Of a DNA stretch of 64,000 nt, positions 1 to 9,834 are shown one piece after another. A program made the translations under genes and the position numbers. This DNA comes from Planctomycetota bacterium (lineage in GTDB: Bacteria > Planctomycetota > UBA1135 > UBA2386). Position 1 is the first letter of the stretch. Each line of letters begins with the position of its first letter. The stretch spans positions 2,688,001 to 2,752,000 of the forward strand of contig OZ245006.1 of NCBI GenBank assembly GCA_965223545.1, in the 5' to 3' direction. The notes under the pieces are model-generated. The model saw nothing but the letters and a program-made list of their open reading frames with translations, ran no database searches and was not told the origin of the DNA.

Positions 1-1
1 C

Positions 2-961
2 GCCGTTGCGGCGCAGCACATCTCCTACCCGCAAGAGACTCTCCAGTACCGCCTCGGCAACCTCCTGCCGTTGGGCTCCGGCGGAGGAGGCGCCGGCAGC
101 CAGGTCGAGGAAGGCCGCTGGCACCAGCTGATCCCCGCCGACCACTTGCCGACCCGGCCCGGGCCGATCCGCGGCCTGTCGGTCGTCATCGGCGGCCTGT
201 TCGGTGCCGAGCACGCGATCCCGTACGCCTCCTTGCGGATCAGTCTGGCACACACCAACCGGACGACGCTGAGCACCGCGTTCGCGCAGAACCTCAACAG
301 CCCGGTCACGGTCGTCGATCGGACCGACACGGTCCTGACCTGGATCGAGCAACGCTGGAACCACCTGCCGTTCGACACCCCGTTCGACTACGACGGCAAG
401 AGCGGCCTGCTGATCGAGTTCCGCAAGGAGGTCGACGCCCGCTTCCGCGGCTCTTCGTCGGCCGCGAACCAGCCGGGCAACCCCGGCAGGCCGGATCTGC
501 CCGCCGCGGTCTACTCGTTCGGCCCCGCCGGCTCGGGCGCGGCCGGCGCAGCCAATGCCGCGGTGATCGGCGCTCCGCTGCAGCTTCGCCTGCACGTCGA
601 GTCGCCGACCCTCGTGCTGCTGAGCGATCCGGTGCCGGCGTTGTTCGGCCACGTGTTCGCGTTGGCACAGAGCTTCGACGCCACGGTCACCGCCGCCGCC
701 GGCAGCCGCTACTGCACCTGGGTGGGCGCCGGTTTCGGCCCGCGTTTCTCATGGCCGGGCGCCAGCGGCGAGGGCGTCGTCCAACCCCTCGCGGTCATCT
801 CGGTCGGCGCGATCGGCGGCGAGGGCAGCGCGACGGCCAGCGTGCCGATCCCCGCCGATCCCAACCTCGTCGGCGGTCTCCTCGCCGTGCAGGCCGGCGT
901 GCTCGGTACCAACGGACAGCTCTCGTTCACCAACGCGGCCGACTTCGTCATCAACAGCTGA
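2..961 (+). CDS. Secreted hypothetical protein with shared C-terminal module (5' end outside window)
   Basis: The frame is open from base 2 (AVAAQHISYPQE..., the end of a signal peptide). It ends in ASVPIPADPNLVGGLLAVQAGVL...SFTNAADF, similar to the C-termini of other secreted proteins here. Confidence 0.75.
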   Translation, partial: AVAAQHISYPQETLQYRLGNLLPLGSGGGGAGSQVEEGRWHQLIPADHLPTRPGPIRGLSVVIGGLFGAEHAIPYASLRISLAHTNRTTLSTAFAQNLNSPVTVVDRTDTVLTWIEQRWNHLPFDTPFDYDGKSGLLIEFRKEVDARFRGSSSAANQPGNPGRPDLPAAVYSFGPAGSGAAGAANAAVIGAPLQLRLHVESPTLVLLSDPVPALFGHVFALAQSFDATVTAAAGSRYCTWVGAGFGPRFSWPGASGEGVVQPLAVISVGAIGGEGSATASVPIPADPNLVGGLLAVQAGVLGTNGQLSFTNAADFVINS

Positions 962-1021
962 CTGGACCGGTCGCGGGCGCACCGCTCGGTCTCTTCGATC
1001 CTGCTAAGATCGACCGCCGCG

Positions 1022-4000
1022 ATGCCGCTGTCCGACTTCCACCCCGCTGTCCGCCGCTGGTTCTCCGAGCAGCTCGGCACGCCGACCGAACCGCAGGCGC
1101 GCGGCTGGAGTGCGATCCGCGCCGGTGACCACACGCTGATCGCCGCACCGACCGGCTCGGGTAAGACGCTCGCGGCGTTTCTGTGCGCGATCGACGGCCT
1201 CGTCCGGCAGGGCACGGCGCTGCCGGATGCAACGCAGGTGCTGTACGTGTCGCCGCTCAAAGCGCTCGGCAACGACGTGCAGAAGAACCTGACGACACCG
1301 CTCGAGCAGATCGCCGCGCTCGACCCAGCGGTCCCCGACATCCGCGTCACCGTGCGCAGCGGCGACACGCCACAGGCGGATCGCGCGCGCATGCTGCGCC
1401 GCCCCCCAAACATCTTGGTGACGACGCCCGAGTCGCTGTACATCCTGCTCACCAGCGATGGTGGCCGCGCGATGCTGTCGTCGGTGCGCACGGTGATCGT
1501 CGACGAGATCCACGCCGTGCTCGGCGACAAGCGGGGCGCGCACCTCGCGTTGTCGCTCGAGCGATTGGCGGCGTTGTGCGGCGACGTGCAGCGCATCGGC
1601 CTGTCCGCGACGCAGAAGCCCCTCAGCGAGGTCGGCCAGTTTCTCGTCGGCACCGGGCGCCAGTGCAACACGGTCGACGCCGGCCACCTGCGCACGCTCG
1701 ACCTCGCGGTCGAAGTGCCGGGCTCCGAGCTGTCGGCGGTTTGCTCGCACGAGGTCTGGGACGAGATCTACGACCGCGTCGTCGAGCTGGTGGAAGCGCA
1801 CCGCACGACGCTGGTGTTCGTCAACACGCGCAAGCTCGCCGAGCGCGTCGCCGCCCGGCTCACCGACCGGCTCGGCGCCGAAGCCGTCACCAGCCACCAC
1901 GGCAGCTTGGCGCGCGACCGTCGGCTGCTGGCCGAGCAACGCCTGAAGAACGGCGAACTCAAGGCACTGGTGGCGACCGCCTCTCTCGAGCTGGGCATCG
2001 ACATCGGCGACGTCGACCTGGTGGTGCAGATCGGCGTGACCCCGTCGATCGCGGCTTTCCTGCAGCGCGTGGGCCGGGCCGGCCACGGCGTCGGCCGCGT
2101 GCCGATCGGCCGCATCTTTCCGTTGACGATGGACGAGCTGGTCTGTGCGACCGCCGTGCTGCGCAGCGTGCGCCGCGGCGAGCTCGACCGCACGCCCCAA
2201 CCGGCAGCGCCGCTCGACATCCTGGCGCAACAAGTCGTCGCCGCCTGCGTGGCCGAGACCTGGGAGGCCGACGCGCTGTTCGAGCGGATGCGGCGCGCAT
2301 GGCCGTATCGAGAGCTCGAGCGGAGCGACTTCGACGCGGTGATCGCACTGCACGCCGATGGTCGGCAGTCGCTGCTGCACGTCGACGGAGTCGGGGGGCG
2401 ACTGCGCGCGACAAGGAGAGCGCGGATTCCGGCGATGACGGCCGGCGGTGCCATCCCGGACACCGCCGACTACCAAGTGGTACTGCAGCCCGAGGGGCAG
2501 GTGGTCGGCACGCTGCACGAAGACTTCGCCATCGAGTCCAACGTCGGTGACATCTTCCAGCTCGGCAACACGTCGTGGCGCATCCTGCGGGTCGAGCCCG
2601 GCACCGTGCGCGTCGCCAACGCCGAGGGCCTGCCGCCAACCCTGCCGTTTTGGATCGCCGAGGGCCCGGCGCGCACGCGCGAGCTGTCGGCGTCGGTGGC
2701 CACTGTGCGCGAAGATCCGGCGGGGTCCGCCGCAGCCGCGGAACTCGGCACGGCCGCCGCCGACCAGTTGCAGCACTACATCGACGCCGGCCGCGCGGCG
2801 CTGGGCACGGTGCCGACGCAGCAGCGCATCGTGCTCGAGCGCTTCTTCGACGAAGCCGACGGCATGCAGATCGTCGTGCATGCGCCGTTTGGTGGGCGCA
2901 TCAATCGCGCCTTCGGCCTGGCGCTGCGCAAACGGTTCTGCCGCCACTTCGGTTTCGAGCTGCAGGCGGCGGCCAACGAGGAGGCGTTTCTTCTGTCGCT
3001 GGGTCCCCAGCAGAGCTTCCCGCTGGCGGAGATCGTCACCTATCTTCACCCCGACACCGCGCGCGCCGTGCTCAGCCAGGCGCTGCTGGCGGCGCCGATG
3101 TTCCAGACGCGGTGGCGCTGGAACGTGACGCGCTCGCTGTTGGTCAGCCGCACGCGCGGCGGCAAGCGCGTGCCGGCCCCGCTGCTTCGCTTCCGCGCCG
3201 ACGACGCGCTGGCGGCGGCCTTCCCGCAAGCGACTGCTTGTCCGGAAAACCTGCCCCCCGGCGACACGCCGATCCCGCTCGACAACCCCATCGTGCGGCA
3301 GACCGTCGAAGACTGTCTGCACGAGGCGATGGACGTCGACGGGCTGCTGCAGGTCCTGCAAGGCCTGCGCAGCGGAGCGATCGAGGTCGTCGCCATCGAC
3401 CGCCCGGAGCCGTCACCGTTCGCCGAGGGTATCCTCAACGCGCAGCCCTACGCGTTCCTCGACGACGCGCCCCTCGAGGAGCGGCGCAGCCAAGCCGTGC
3501 TCAACCGGCGCGCGTTCGTGCCGGAGAAGGTGCAGAAGAGCGGGCCGTTGGATCCCGAGGTCGTGCGGCGCGTGCGCGAGGAGGCCTGGCCGGCGCCGCG
3601 CGACGCCGAGGAGCTGCACGAGGCACTGCTGTGGATGGGATACGCCCGCGACGACGAGTGCGCCGACTGGCGGGTGTGGCTCACGGCGCTGGCGGCGGCC
3701 GGCCGGGTCGTGCGCGACGGCGACCGCTGGTTCGCGGCGGAGGTCGATCGCGGCGACGCGCTCGGTCTGCTGCGCGGTCGACTCGAAGCGCTCGGGCCGA
3801 TCCACTCCGACGACCCGCTCCTGCTCACCCTGGAGGCCGAAGGCGTCGCGGTGCGCTGCGCGGTCGACGGCGCGCCGGCTTGGTGCAACCGGCGGCTGCT
3901 GGCGCGCATCCACCGCTACACCGTCGAGCGGCTGCGCCAGGAGATCGCGCCGGTGGCGCCCGCTCAGCTGCTGCGCTTTCTCGCATGCTGGCAGCACGCC

Positions 4001-4873
4001 GACCCAGAGCACCGGCTCGAGGGTCCGGCCGGCGTCGAGCAGGTGCTCCGCCAGCTGGCGGGTCTCGACGCACCCGCGTGGGCATGGGAGCCCATGGTGC
4101 TGAAGGCCCGCGTGCGCGACTACAAGAAGGAATGGCTGGACGAGCTGACGCTGTCCGGCCAGTTCGCCTGGGGCAGGCTGTGGGGCAACGGCGCGTGCGC
4201 GGTACGCAGCGCGCCGCTCAGCGTCGTGCCGCGCGAGGATCTCGGGGCATGGCTCGCACTCGCGCGCGGCGAGCGACCGGAGCTCGGCGCCGACGCGGCC
4301 ATCGTGCACGAGACTCTCGCGGCGCGCGGTGCGATGTTCACCCTCGAGCTGCAGATGGCGACGCAGCTGCTGCCGAGTCGACTCGACGACGCGCTGGGCG
4401 AGCTGGTCGCGCGCGGCTGTGCCACCAGCGACGCGTTCTCCGCCCTGCGACAGCTCACCGTCCCGGCAAGTCGGCGCCGGCGCCGCGTGACGGCGTCGGG
4501 ACGGTGGAGCTTGCTCGACCCGACCGCGCACGATCCGCCGGACGTGGACTTCATCGCCGACCGGTTGCTCGCGCGCTACGGGGTGTTGTTCCGGGCTCTG
4601 CTCCAACGGGAGCGCATCCCCGTGCCATGGCGCACGCTCCTGCGTGAGCTACGGCACCGAGAACTCGCCGGCCGCATCCGCGGCGGCCGGTTCGTCACCG
4701 GTTTCGACGGCGAGCAGTTCGCGCTGCCGGAGGCAGTGCGGCTGTTGCGCGCACAGCGCAAGCGGTCGGCGCCGCCGTTGCAGGTGGCGGCCGCCGACCC
4801 GCTCAACTTGAGTGGCATCGTGACGCCAGAAGAACGGGTGTCTCCGCTGACCCACCGCACGGTCGCGGTGTAG
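1022..4873 (+). CDS. lhr: Lhr-family ATP-dependent SF2 helicase, long form with C-terminal winged-helix region
   Basis: APTGSGKT, YVSPLKAL, TTPESL, DEIH, GLSAT, HHGSL, LELGIDIG and QRVGRAGH motifs. The C-terminal RGGRFV.GF.GEQFALPEA is typical of long Lhr. Confidence 0.93.
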   Translation: MPLSDFHPAVRRWFSEQLGTPTEPQARGWSAIRAGDHTLIAAPTGSGKTLAAFLCAIDGLVRQGTALPDATQVLYVSPLKALGNDVQKNLTTPLEQIAALDPAVPDIRVTVRSGDTPQADRARMLRRPPNILVTTPESLYILLTSDGGRAMLSSVRTVIVDEIHAVLGDKRGAHLALSLERLAALCGDVQRIGLSATQKPLSEVGQFLVGTGRQCNTVDAGHLRTLDLAVEVPGSELSAVCSHEVWDEIYDRVVELVEAHRTTLVFVNTRKLAERVAARLTDRLGAEAVTSHHGSLARDRRLLAEQRLKNGELKALVATASLELGIDIGDVDLVVQIGVTPSIAAFLQRVGRAGHGVGRVPIGRIFPLTMDELVCATAVLRSVRRGELDRTPQPAAPLDILAQQVVAACVAETWEADALFERMRRAWPYRELERSDFDAVIALHADGRQSLLHVDGVGGRLRATRRARIPAMTAGGAIPDTADYQVVLQPEGQVVGTLHEDFAIESNVGDIFQLGNTSWRILRVEPGTVRVANAEGLPPTLPFWIAEGPARTRELSASVATVREDPAGSAAAAELGTAAADQLQHYIDAGRAALGTVPTQQRIVLERFFDEADGMQIVVHAPFGGRINRAFGLALRKRFCRHFGFELQAAANEEAFLLSLGPQQSFPLAEIVTYLHPDTARAVLSQALLAAPMFQTRWRWNVTRSLLVSRTRGGKRVPAPLLRFRADDALAAAFPQATACPENLPPGDTPIPLDNPIVRQTVEDCLHEAMDVDGLLQVLQGLRSGAIEVVAIDRPEPSPFAEGILNAQPYAFLDDAPLEERRSQAVLNRRAFVPEKVQKSGPLDPEVVRRVREEAWPAPRDAEELHEALLWMGYARDDECADWRVWLTALAAAGRVVRDGDRWFAAEVDRGDALGLLRGRLEALGPIHSDDPLLLTLEAEGVAVRCAVDGAPAWCNRRLLARIHRYTVERLRQEIAPVAPAQLLRFLACWQHADPEHRLEGPAGVEQVLRQLAGLDAPAWAWEPMVLKARVRDYKKEWLDELTLSGQFAWGRLWGNGACAVRSAPLSVVPREDLGAWLALARGERPELGADAAIVHETLAARGAMFTLELQMATQLLPSRLDDALGELVARGCATSDAFSALRQLTVPASRRRRRVTASGRWSLLDPTAHDPPDVDFIADRLLARYGVLFRALLQRERIPVPWRTLLRELRHRELAGRIRGGRFVTGFDGEQFALPEAVRLLRAQRKRSAPPLQVAAADPLNLSGIVTPEERVSPLTHRTVAV

Positions 4874-4971
4874 CCGTGGGCCAGGACGGCCACGGCACTT
4901 TTCCCAGATCAAGACCACGAGGCTCCCCAAGGGCAAGATCGAGGAGAACGCACCACGAAACGGAGAACACG

Positions 4972-6627
4972 ATGCGGCCGCGCGCACCTGCGTTGAAACC
5001 CCTGGCGATCTTGACCCTCGGCACCGCGCTCACCGCGCAGGGCTACCCCCTGTGGACGAGCACGTCGCCCGCGTTGCCCGTCCATCCCAGCGCGGGCACC
5101 GGCGACATCGACGGCGATGGAGTCCGCGATCTGCTCCGCGGCCCGGTGCCATTGAGCGGCGGCCCGATCGAAGTCGTCTCCGGCCGCGACGGCATCGTGC
5201 TCCGGACCCTCGCGGCTCCCGCGGGGAGCGCCGCGTTCGGTTACGCGCTTGCCCCGTTTCCCGACGCCGACGGAGACGGGGTAGCGGACATTCTGGCCGG
5301 TGATCTTCGCGCGACCGTTCCCGGGACCGGGTTGGGCAGCGTGCTCGTCGTCTCCTCGGCGACGGGCATGGTGCTCGAGCGCGTCTCTGCACCGGCCGGC
5401 GCGCAGGAATTCGGCATCGTCGTCGCTGCCGTGAGCGACCTCGACGCGGACGGGACGGCCGACATCCTGGCCGCGGCGACGACTCCGTCACAGGTCGTCA
5501 TCGCCTCCGGGCGCACCGGCCTGCCGCTGCGCACGCTCGCCGGTACCGGCCCGTTCGATGGCTATGGCGCGAGCGTGCTCGACGCCGGAGACGTCGACGG
5601 CGACGGTGTCGCGGAGATCGCGATCGGAGTCACCGAGCCCGGCAACTCGCTCGACCCACCGTTCGTGCCGACCGGCACCGGCTACGTCGAGCTCCGCTCC
5701 GGCGCCACGGGAGGCCTGCTGTGGGTCAGCCGCGGTGCCGCGGTGCGCGACGCGTTCGGCAGCGCGCTCGCGCGCGTGCACGACGTCGACGGCGATGGGC
5801 TGCCCGACTTGCTCGCCGGCGCCCCGCAACGCTACCCCTGCTCCGACATGACCTGCTACTCCGGCGCCGGCTATGCCTCGGTTCTGTCGGCGCGGACGGG
5901 CGCGGTACTGCTCACGGTGAACGGCACCGGCACCGCCGCGCAGTTCGGCGCATCGGTCACCGCGATGCCCGACGTGGATGGCGACGATGTCGATGATTTC
6001 GCGGTCGGCGCACCGGGCGACGACAACTATTTCTACGTTCCGTTTCCCGGTGTAGTGCACGTGTTCTCCGGCGCAGACGGAACCGGAATCGCGAATGCCG
6101 GCACGGCGCCCGATCTGTTCGCCGGCAGGGACGTGATCGCGCTCGGCGATGCCGACGGCGACGGCGTGCCGGATGTCGCCAGCGGTCCGCGGCTCGATGC
6201 GCGTTCGCTGGTGGGCATCGCGAACGGCGATCTGCGCGTGGGCACCGCGTGTGCGGGCGCGGGTGGACGCGCGCCCACGCTCGCGACCTACGGTGGGACC
6301 ATCGATGCGAGCGGCAACGCGCGCTTTGGCTTCGCGGTCTCGCAGGGCCGCGCCAATGCCCCCACGGCGCTGCTGCTCGGCACCGCGACCAACCCCGCCG
6401 GAGTGTCGTTCGGCGGCTGCAGGGTGCACGCCGGCGGCACCATCGTCGCCGCCGTGCCCGCGGCGACCCTGAGCAGCAACGGCCATCGGTTCCTGCCCAC
6501 GCCGGTTCCGGTGCTGCCGCCGGCGACGGCGGGATCGACGCTCACGTGGCAGGGCTTGGTGCTGGATGCGGCCAGCCCGAACGGACTCTTCAGCGTGACC
6601 GAGGCGGTGGTGACGACCGTGCGCTGA
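4972..6627 (+). CDS. FG-GAP / integrin-alpha repeat secreted protein with shared C-terminal module
   Basis: GGAG upstream of ATG 4972. Signal peptide ends ...ALTA|Q. Repeated DxDGDGxxD and FG...GAP motifs. Confidence 0.85.
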   Translation: MRPRAPALKPLAILTLGTALTAQGYPLWTSTSPALPVHPSAGTGDIDGDGVRDLLRGPVPLSGGPIEVVSGRDGIVLRTLAAPAGSAAFGYALAPFPDADGDGVADILAGDLRATVPGTGLGSVLVVSSATGMVLERVSAPAGAQEFGIVVAAVSDLDADGTADILAAATTPSQVVIASGRTGLPLRTLAGTGPFDGYGASVLDAGDVDGDGVAEIAIGVTEPGNSLDPPFVPTGTGYVELRSGATGGLLWVSRGAAVRDAFGSALARVHDVDGDGLPDLLAGAPQRYPCSDMTCYSGAGYASVLSARTGAVLLTVNGTGTAAQFGASVTAMPDVDGDDVDDFAVGAPGDDNYFYVPFPGVVHVFSGADGTGIANAGTAPDLFAGRDVIALGDADGDGVPDVASGPRLDARSLVGIANGDLRVGTACAGAGGRAPTLATYGGTIDASGNARFGFAVSQGRANAPTALLLGTATNPAGVSFGGCRVHAGGTIVAAVPAATLSSNGHRFLPTPVPVLPPATAGSTLTWQGLVLDAASPNGLFSVTEAVVTTVR

Positions 6628-6655
6628 GAGGCCGTGCGCTGAGAGGCCGTGAGCT
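6617..6655. repeat. 15-bp tandem repeat CCGTGCGCTGAGAGG, two copies plus a partial third, spanning the FG-GAP stop codon
   Basis: 6617-6631 and 6632-6646 are identical; 6647-6655 is a degenerate partial copy. Confidence 0.8.
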
Positions 6656-6709
6656 CTGGCGCCGGCCTGCCGGGTTGACCTGCCTCCGCGGTCGCCGAGG
6701 ATCTGGGTC

Positions 6710-7180
6710 ATGGTTCACCGCGCGCTCTGGATGATCATCGCTGTCGCGTGCGGGTGTGCGCAGTATTCCAAGCTCGAACACTCGACGAGCACGCCCATGA
6801 CCCCGCACCTGTTTCGTGTCATCGTCCCGGTCGGCGACATCCAGCGCGCCGAGCACTTCTACGCTCGGGTTCTCGGCCTCGCCGGTGAACGCGTGTCGCC
6901 CGGACGCCACTACTTCGACTGCGGCGGGACGCTGCTGGCGTGCTTCGACCCCCGCGCCGACGGCGACGACTTCGACGCGACGCCGAACCCGGACCACATC
7001 TACTTCGCCGTCGACGACCTGGACGCGACATACGAGCGTTGTCGTCAGGCCGAGCCGCGGCGGCTCGATGCGGAGATCGCGGTGCAACCGTGGGGTGAGC
7101 GCAGCTTCTACGTGACCGACCCGTTCGGCAATCGACTGTGCTTCGTTGCCCGGGAGACCGTGTTCAGCGGAAAGAAGTAG
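6710..7180 (+). CDS. VOC / glyoxalase / bleomycin-resistance family protein (alternative start 6797)
   Basis: AEHFYARVLGL, HIYFAVDDLD and QPWGERSFYVTDPFGNRL motifs. Confidence 0.85.
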   Translation: MVHRALWMIIAVACGCAQYSKLEHSTSTPMTPHLFRVIVPVGDIQRAEHFYARVLGLAGERVSPGRHYFDCGGTLLACFDPRADGDDFDATPNPDHIYFAVDDLDATYERCRQAEPRRLDAEIAVQPWGERSFYVTDPFGNRLCFVARETVFSGKK

Positions 7181-7181
7181 C

Positions 7182-8288
7182 GTGCGGAGGGCCGCTGCGA
7201 GGCCTGGGTCTCGACGCTGTGCCGAGGCGGCGGCGCTCATCGGCTGCGCGTTCGGCAGCGCTTGCGCGACCCGCGGTCCGGATCTCGACGCGGTCGCGCA
7301 GCGGACCCGCGCGTTCGTCGGCGCGCCCGCGTTGGGCGTCTTGGCGGGGCGCTCTGGTGCCCCGCCCGAAATCGCGGTGACCGGCGTCCGTGTGCAGGGT
7401 GCCGATGCTCTCGCGCAAGCAGACGACGCCTGGCACTGGGGATCGATCACCAAGTCGGTCACCGCCACCCTCGCGGCGCGCCTCGTCGATCAAGGGCTCG
7501 TGACGTGGGACGACAGCGTGGAGCGACACTTGGGTTCCTCGATTCCCGACATGCGGCCCGAGTTCCGGCCGGTCACGCTGCGTCATCTCCTCGCCAACGC
7601 CGGCGGCCTGCCGAACAATCTGCCGCTCCACCGCTTCGCCGAGTTCGCGACGAACCCGGACGACCCCATCGCCGATCGACGGCGTTGGGTCCGCCTGGCC
7701 CTGCGACAACCCCCGGTGGCCCGCCCCGGCGAACGCTTCGACTACTCCAACAACGGCTTCATCGTCGCCGCTGCGATGCTCGAGGCGGTGACGGGAGCCT
7801 CTTGGGAGGAGCTCGTGCAGCGCGAGGTCTTCGAACCGTTGCAGATGACCGGCGCGGGCTTCGGCGCGCCGCCGGGGGCCGCGATTCGCGGGCACGTGCG
7901 CACCGACGAAACGCCGGTGCCCGCGCCGCCGCTACGCGACAATCCCCCGGCGCTCGGCCCGGCAGGGCGCATCCACATGCCGTTGGGCGCCATGGCGCGC
8001 TATCTCGCGGCCCACGCTGACGAGCGCGCCGACTACCTTTCCGCCGACAGCTGGTCCGCCCTGCACACCGCGCACTTCGCGGCGCAGTACGGGCTCCGCT
8101 GGTTCACGACCGGAGAGACCACCCGGTGGCACCACGGCTCGAACACGATGTGGTACGCCGAGGTGGCCATCGACGTGCGCAGCGGCACTTTCGGTGCCGT
8201 GGTGGTCAACGACGGCGGGGTCGCGCGGACTCCCGATCGGTTGCGGGAGCTCCTGGACACGCTCGTGGAGGGCGGTCCGCCGAGGTAG
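7182..8288 (+). CDS. Serine hydrolase, beta-lactamase class C / AmpC-like family
   Basis: SxxK (GSITKS), LRHLL, YSN and HHGSN motifs. GTG start inferred directly after the VOC stop. Confidence 0.85.
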   Translation: MRRAAARPGSRRCAEAAALIGCAFGSACATRGPDLDAVAQRTRAFVGAPALGVLAGRSGAPPEIAVTGVRVQGADALAQADDAWHWGSITKSVTATLAARLVDQGLVTWDDSVERHLGSSIPDMRPEFRPVTLRHLLANAGGLPNNLPLHRFAEFATNPDDPIADRRRWVRLALRQPPVARPGERFDYSNNGFIVAAAMLEAVTGASWEELVQREVFEPLQMTGAGFGAPPGAAIRGHVRTDETPVPAPPLRDNPPALGPAGRIHMPLGAMARYLAAHADERADYLSADSWSALHTAHFAAQYGLRWFTTGETTRWHHGSNTMWYAEVAIDVRSGTFGAVVVNDGGVARTPDRLRELLDTLVEGGPPR

Positions 8289-8327
8289 CGCCGGGGCGGG
8301 GCGGGCGGTTGGCTGGGTGGGGTGCGA

Positions 8328-8360
8328 GGTGATGAATCGGAGCCTGGCTCCGTACTTTCA
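8328..8360. repeat. Single REP-like palindromic repeat copy
   Basis: GGTGATGAATCGGAGCCTGGCTCCGTAC (8328-8355) is identical to 56860-56887. It lies between convergent genes and abuts a stop codon. Confidence 0.8.
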
Positions 8361-9683
8361 GAAGCGTGATTCGATGCCGAAGACGAGGCTTTGGGTGGAG
8401 AGGGTGTTGCGGACGGAGGTGTTGGGGATCGCGCCGCCGATCGACTGGTAGGGGCCGTCGATCTCGTTCTCGAAGCCGTGGGTGTAGGTGAGGCTCGCCG
8501 AGCAGTGGTCGCTGAGCGCCGCGCTCAGGCCGACGCCGAGGTGGTGCTGGATGATCGCCGGCGCGGTGACGTTGATCGCCGAGATCGCGTCGGGCACGGG
8601 GTTTTGGTTGAACGAGTAGCCGCAGCGCAGGGTCAGGGTGTCGGTGGCGCGATACTGCACACCGAGGGCCAGGACCCAGATGCTGTCCCAGCCGAAGCCG
8701 CGCACCGTGCCGGTGTTGTCGAAGCCGCTCTCGCGAAAGCCGTCGGTGTTCTCGTAGTCGATGTAGCGGACATCCAGGGCGAGCTCGAGGTCGTCGAGGC
8801 CGGAGTAACCGAGGCCGAGCGAGGCGATCATCGGGAAGTCGAGGTTGAAACCGAACGCGCGCGGCGCGCCGAGCTCGTTGGTGGTGTTGAACTCGAACTT
8901 CTCGAACCACTGCGGAGTCTTGAGCGACGCGCCGAACTGCCAATCGCCGCCGTCGTAGAAGGCACCCGCTTGGGCGCCGATGCCGAACGCCGACGTCGCG
9001 GAGGTCGAGGGGTAGGTGCCGAAGCCGTCGCCGTTGGCGTCGTCCGGCGCGGTTGCGGCGAACGGCCCCATCTCGAGCGAGGCCCAGTTGATCACCGGCG
9101 CGAAGCCGACCGACCAGCCTTCCGACACCGCGTAGGCCAGCGTCGGAGCGATCTGCATCAGCTGGTACTGCGAGTAGATCCGGCCGTAGCCGAGGCCGTT
9201 CGGCGCCTGCGGCGAGGCGATCGGGTTGGTGCCGGAGACGGCGTAGTCGACGCCAAAGCCGGCGATGCCGTAGGCGCCGAGGCCACAGGTCCAGCGCGAG
9301 CCCTCCTCGCGCAGCACGAAACCGATGCCGGGAATCGGCGAGGCACCGCGCTGGCTGCTCGAGCTGCCGGCGAGCGTGGTCGACGGGAAGCCCGGCGCGA
9401 ACGCACCGCCGTCGACCCGCGACGACAGCGACGTGTCGGCATCGAACAGCTCGAGACCGAACCCGAACTCGCTGCGGCCCAGGTGCCCGATCGCGGCCGG
9501 GTTCCAGTAGAGCGCACCCAGCGAGTCGACCGGATTGCCAGTGGCCGCGCCGGCCATTGCCCGGTTGGCTGGCCCCACGCCGTTGAGCACGTGACCGGTC
9601 TGCGCCACCGCCCCGCCCGGGATCAGCGCCACCACGGCACCGAGAACCACCACCGCCAACCCGCTGCCGTCGATCAGCCGCAC
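8358..9683 (-). CDS. OmpP1/FadL-family outer-membrane transporter (long-chain fatty acid / hydrocarbon)
   Basis: GTG start with GGGGGAG RBS and signal peptide AVA|Q. N-terminal GPANRAMAGA...LYWNPA motif, amphipathic beta strands and C-terminal Phe. Confidence 0.88.
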   Translation of the reverse strand: MRLIDGSGLAVVVLGAVVALIPGGAVAQTGHVLNGVGPANRAMAGAATGNPVDSLGALYWNPAAIGHLGRSEFGFGLELFDADTSLSSRVDGGAFAPGFPSTTLAGSSSSQRGASPIPGIGFVLREEGSRWTCGLGAYGIAGFGVDYAVSGTNPIASPQAPNGLGYGRIYSQYQLMQIAPTLAYAVSEGWSVGFAPVINWASLEMGPFAATAPDDANGDGFGTYPSTSATSAFGIGAQAGAFYDGGDWQFGASLKTPQWFEKFEFNTTNELGAPRAFGFNLDFPMIASLGLGYSGLDDLELALDVRYIDYENTDGFRESGFDNTGTVRGFGWDSIWVLALGVQYRATDTLTLRCGYSFNQNPVPDAISAINVTAPAIIQHHLGVGLSAALSDHCSASLTYTHGFENEIDGPYQSIGGAIPNTSVRNTLSTQSLVFGIESRF

Positions 9684-9834
9684 TCGTGCTCCCCCGGAAT
9701 CGGACCGCCCACCGGACCGCGCTCCCGACAACCCTCCGATCGACTGGTAAGCCGGCAAGCTTGAGCGCCGAACCGCCGGCGGCAGCGCACCGATCCGAGA
9801 CCGAATTCACCGGCGCGGTGGCTATTCTCGAGAC

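Noticed and set aside
1022..4873. Lhr helicase as part of an anti-phage defence island
   Set aside because: The neighbours are not defence genes, codon usage is host-like, and the architecture is the ordinary long Lhr.
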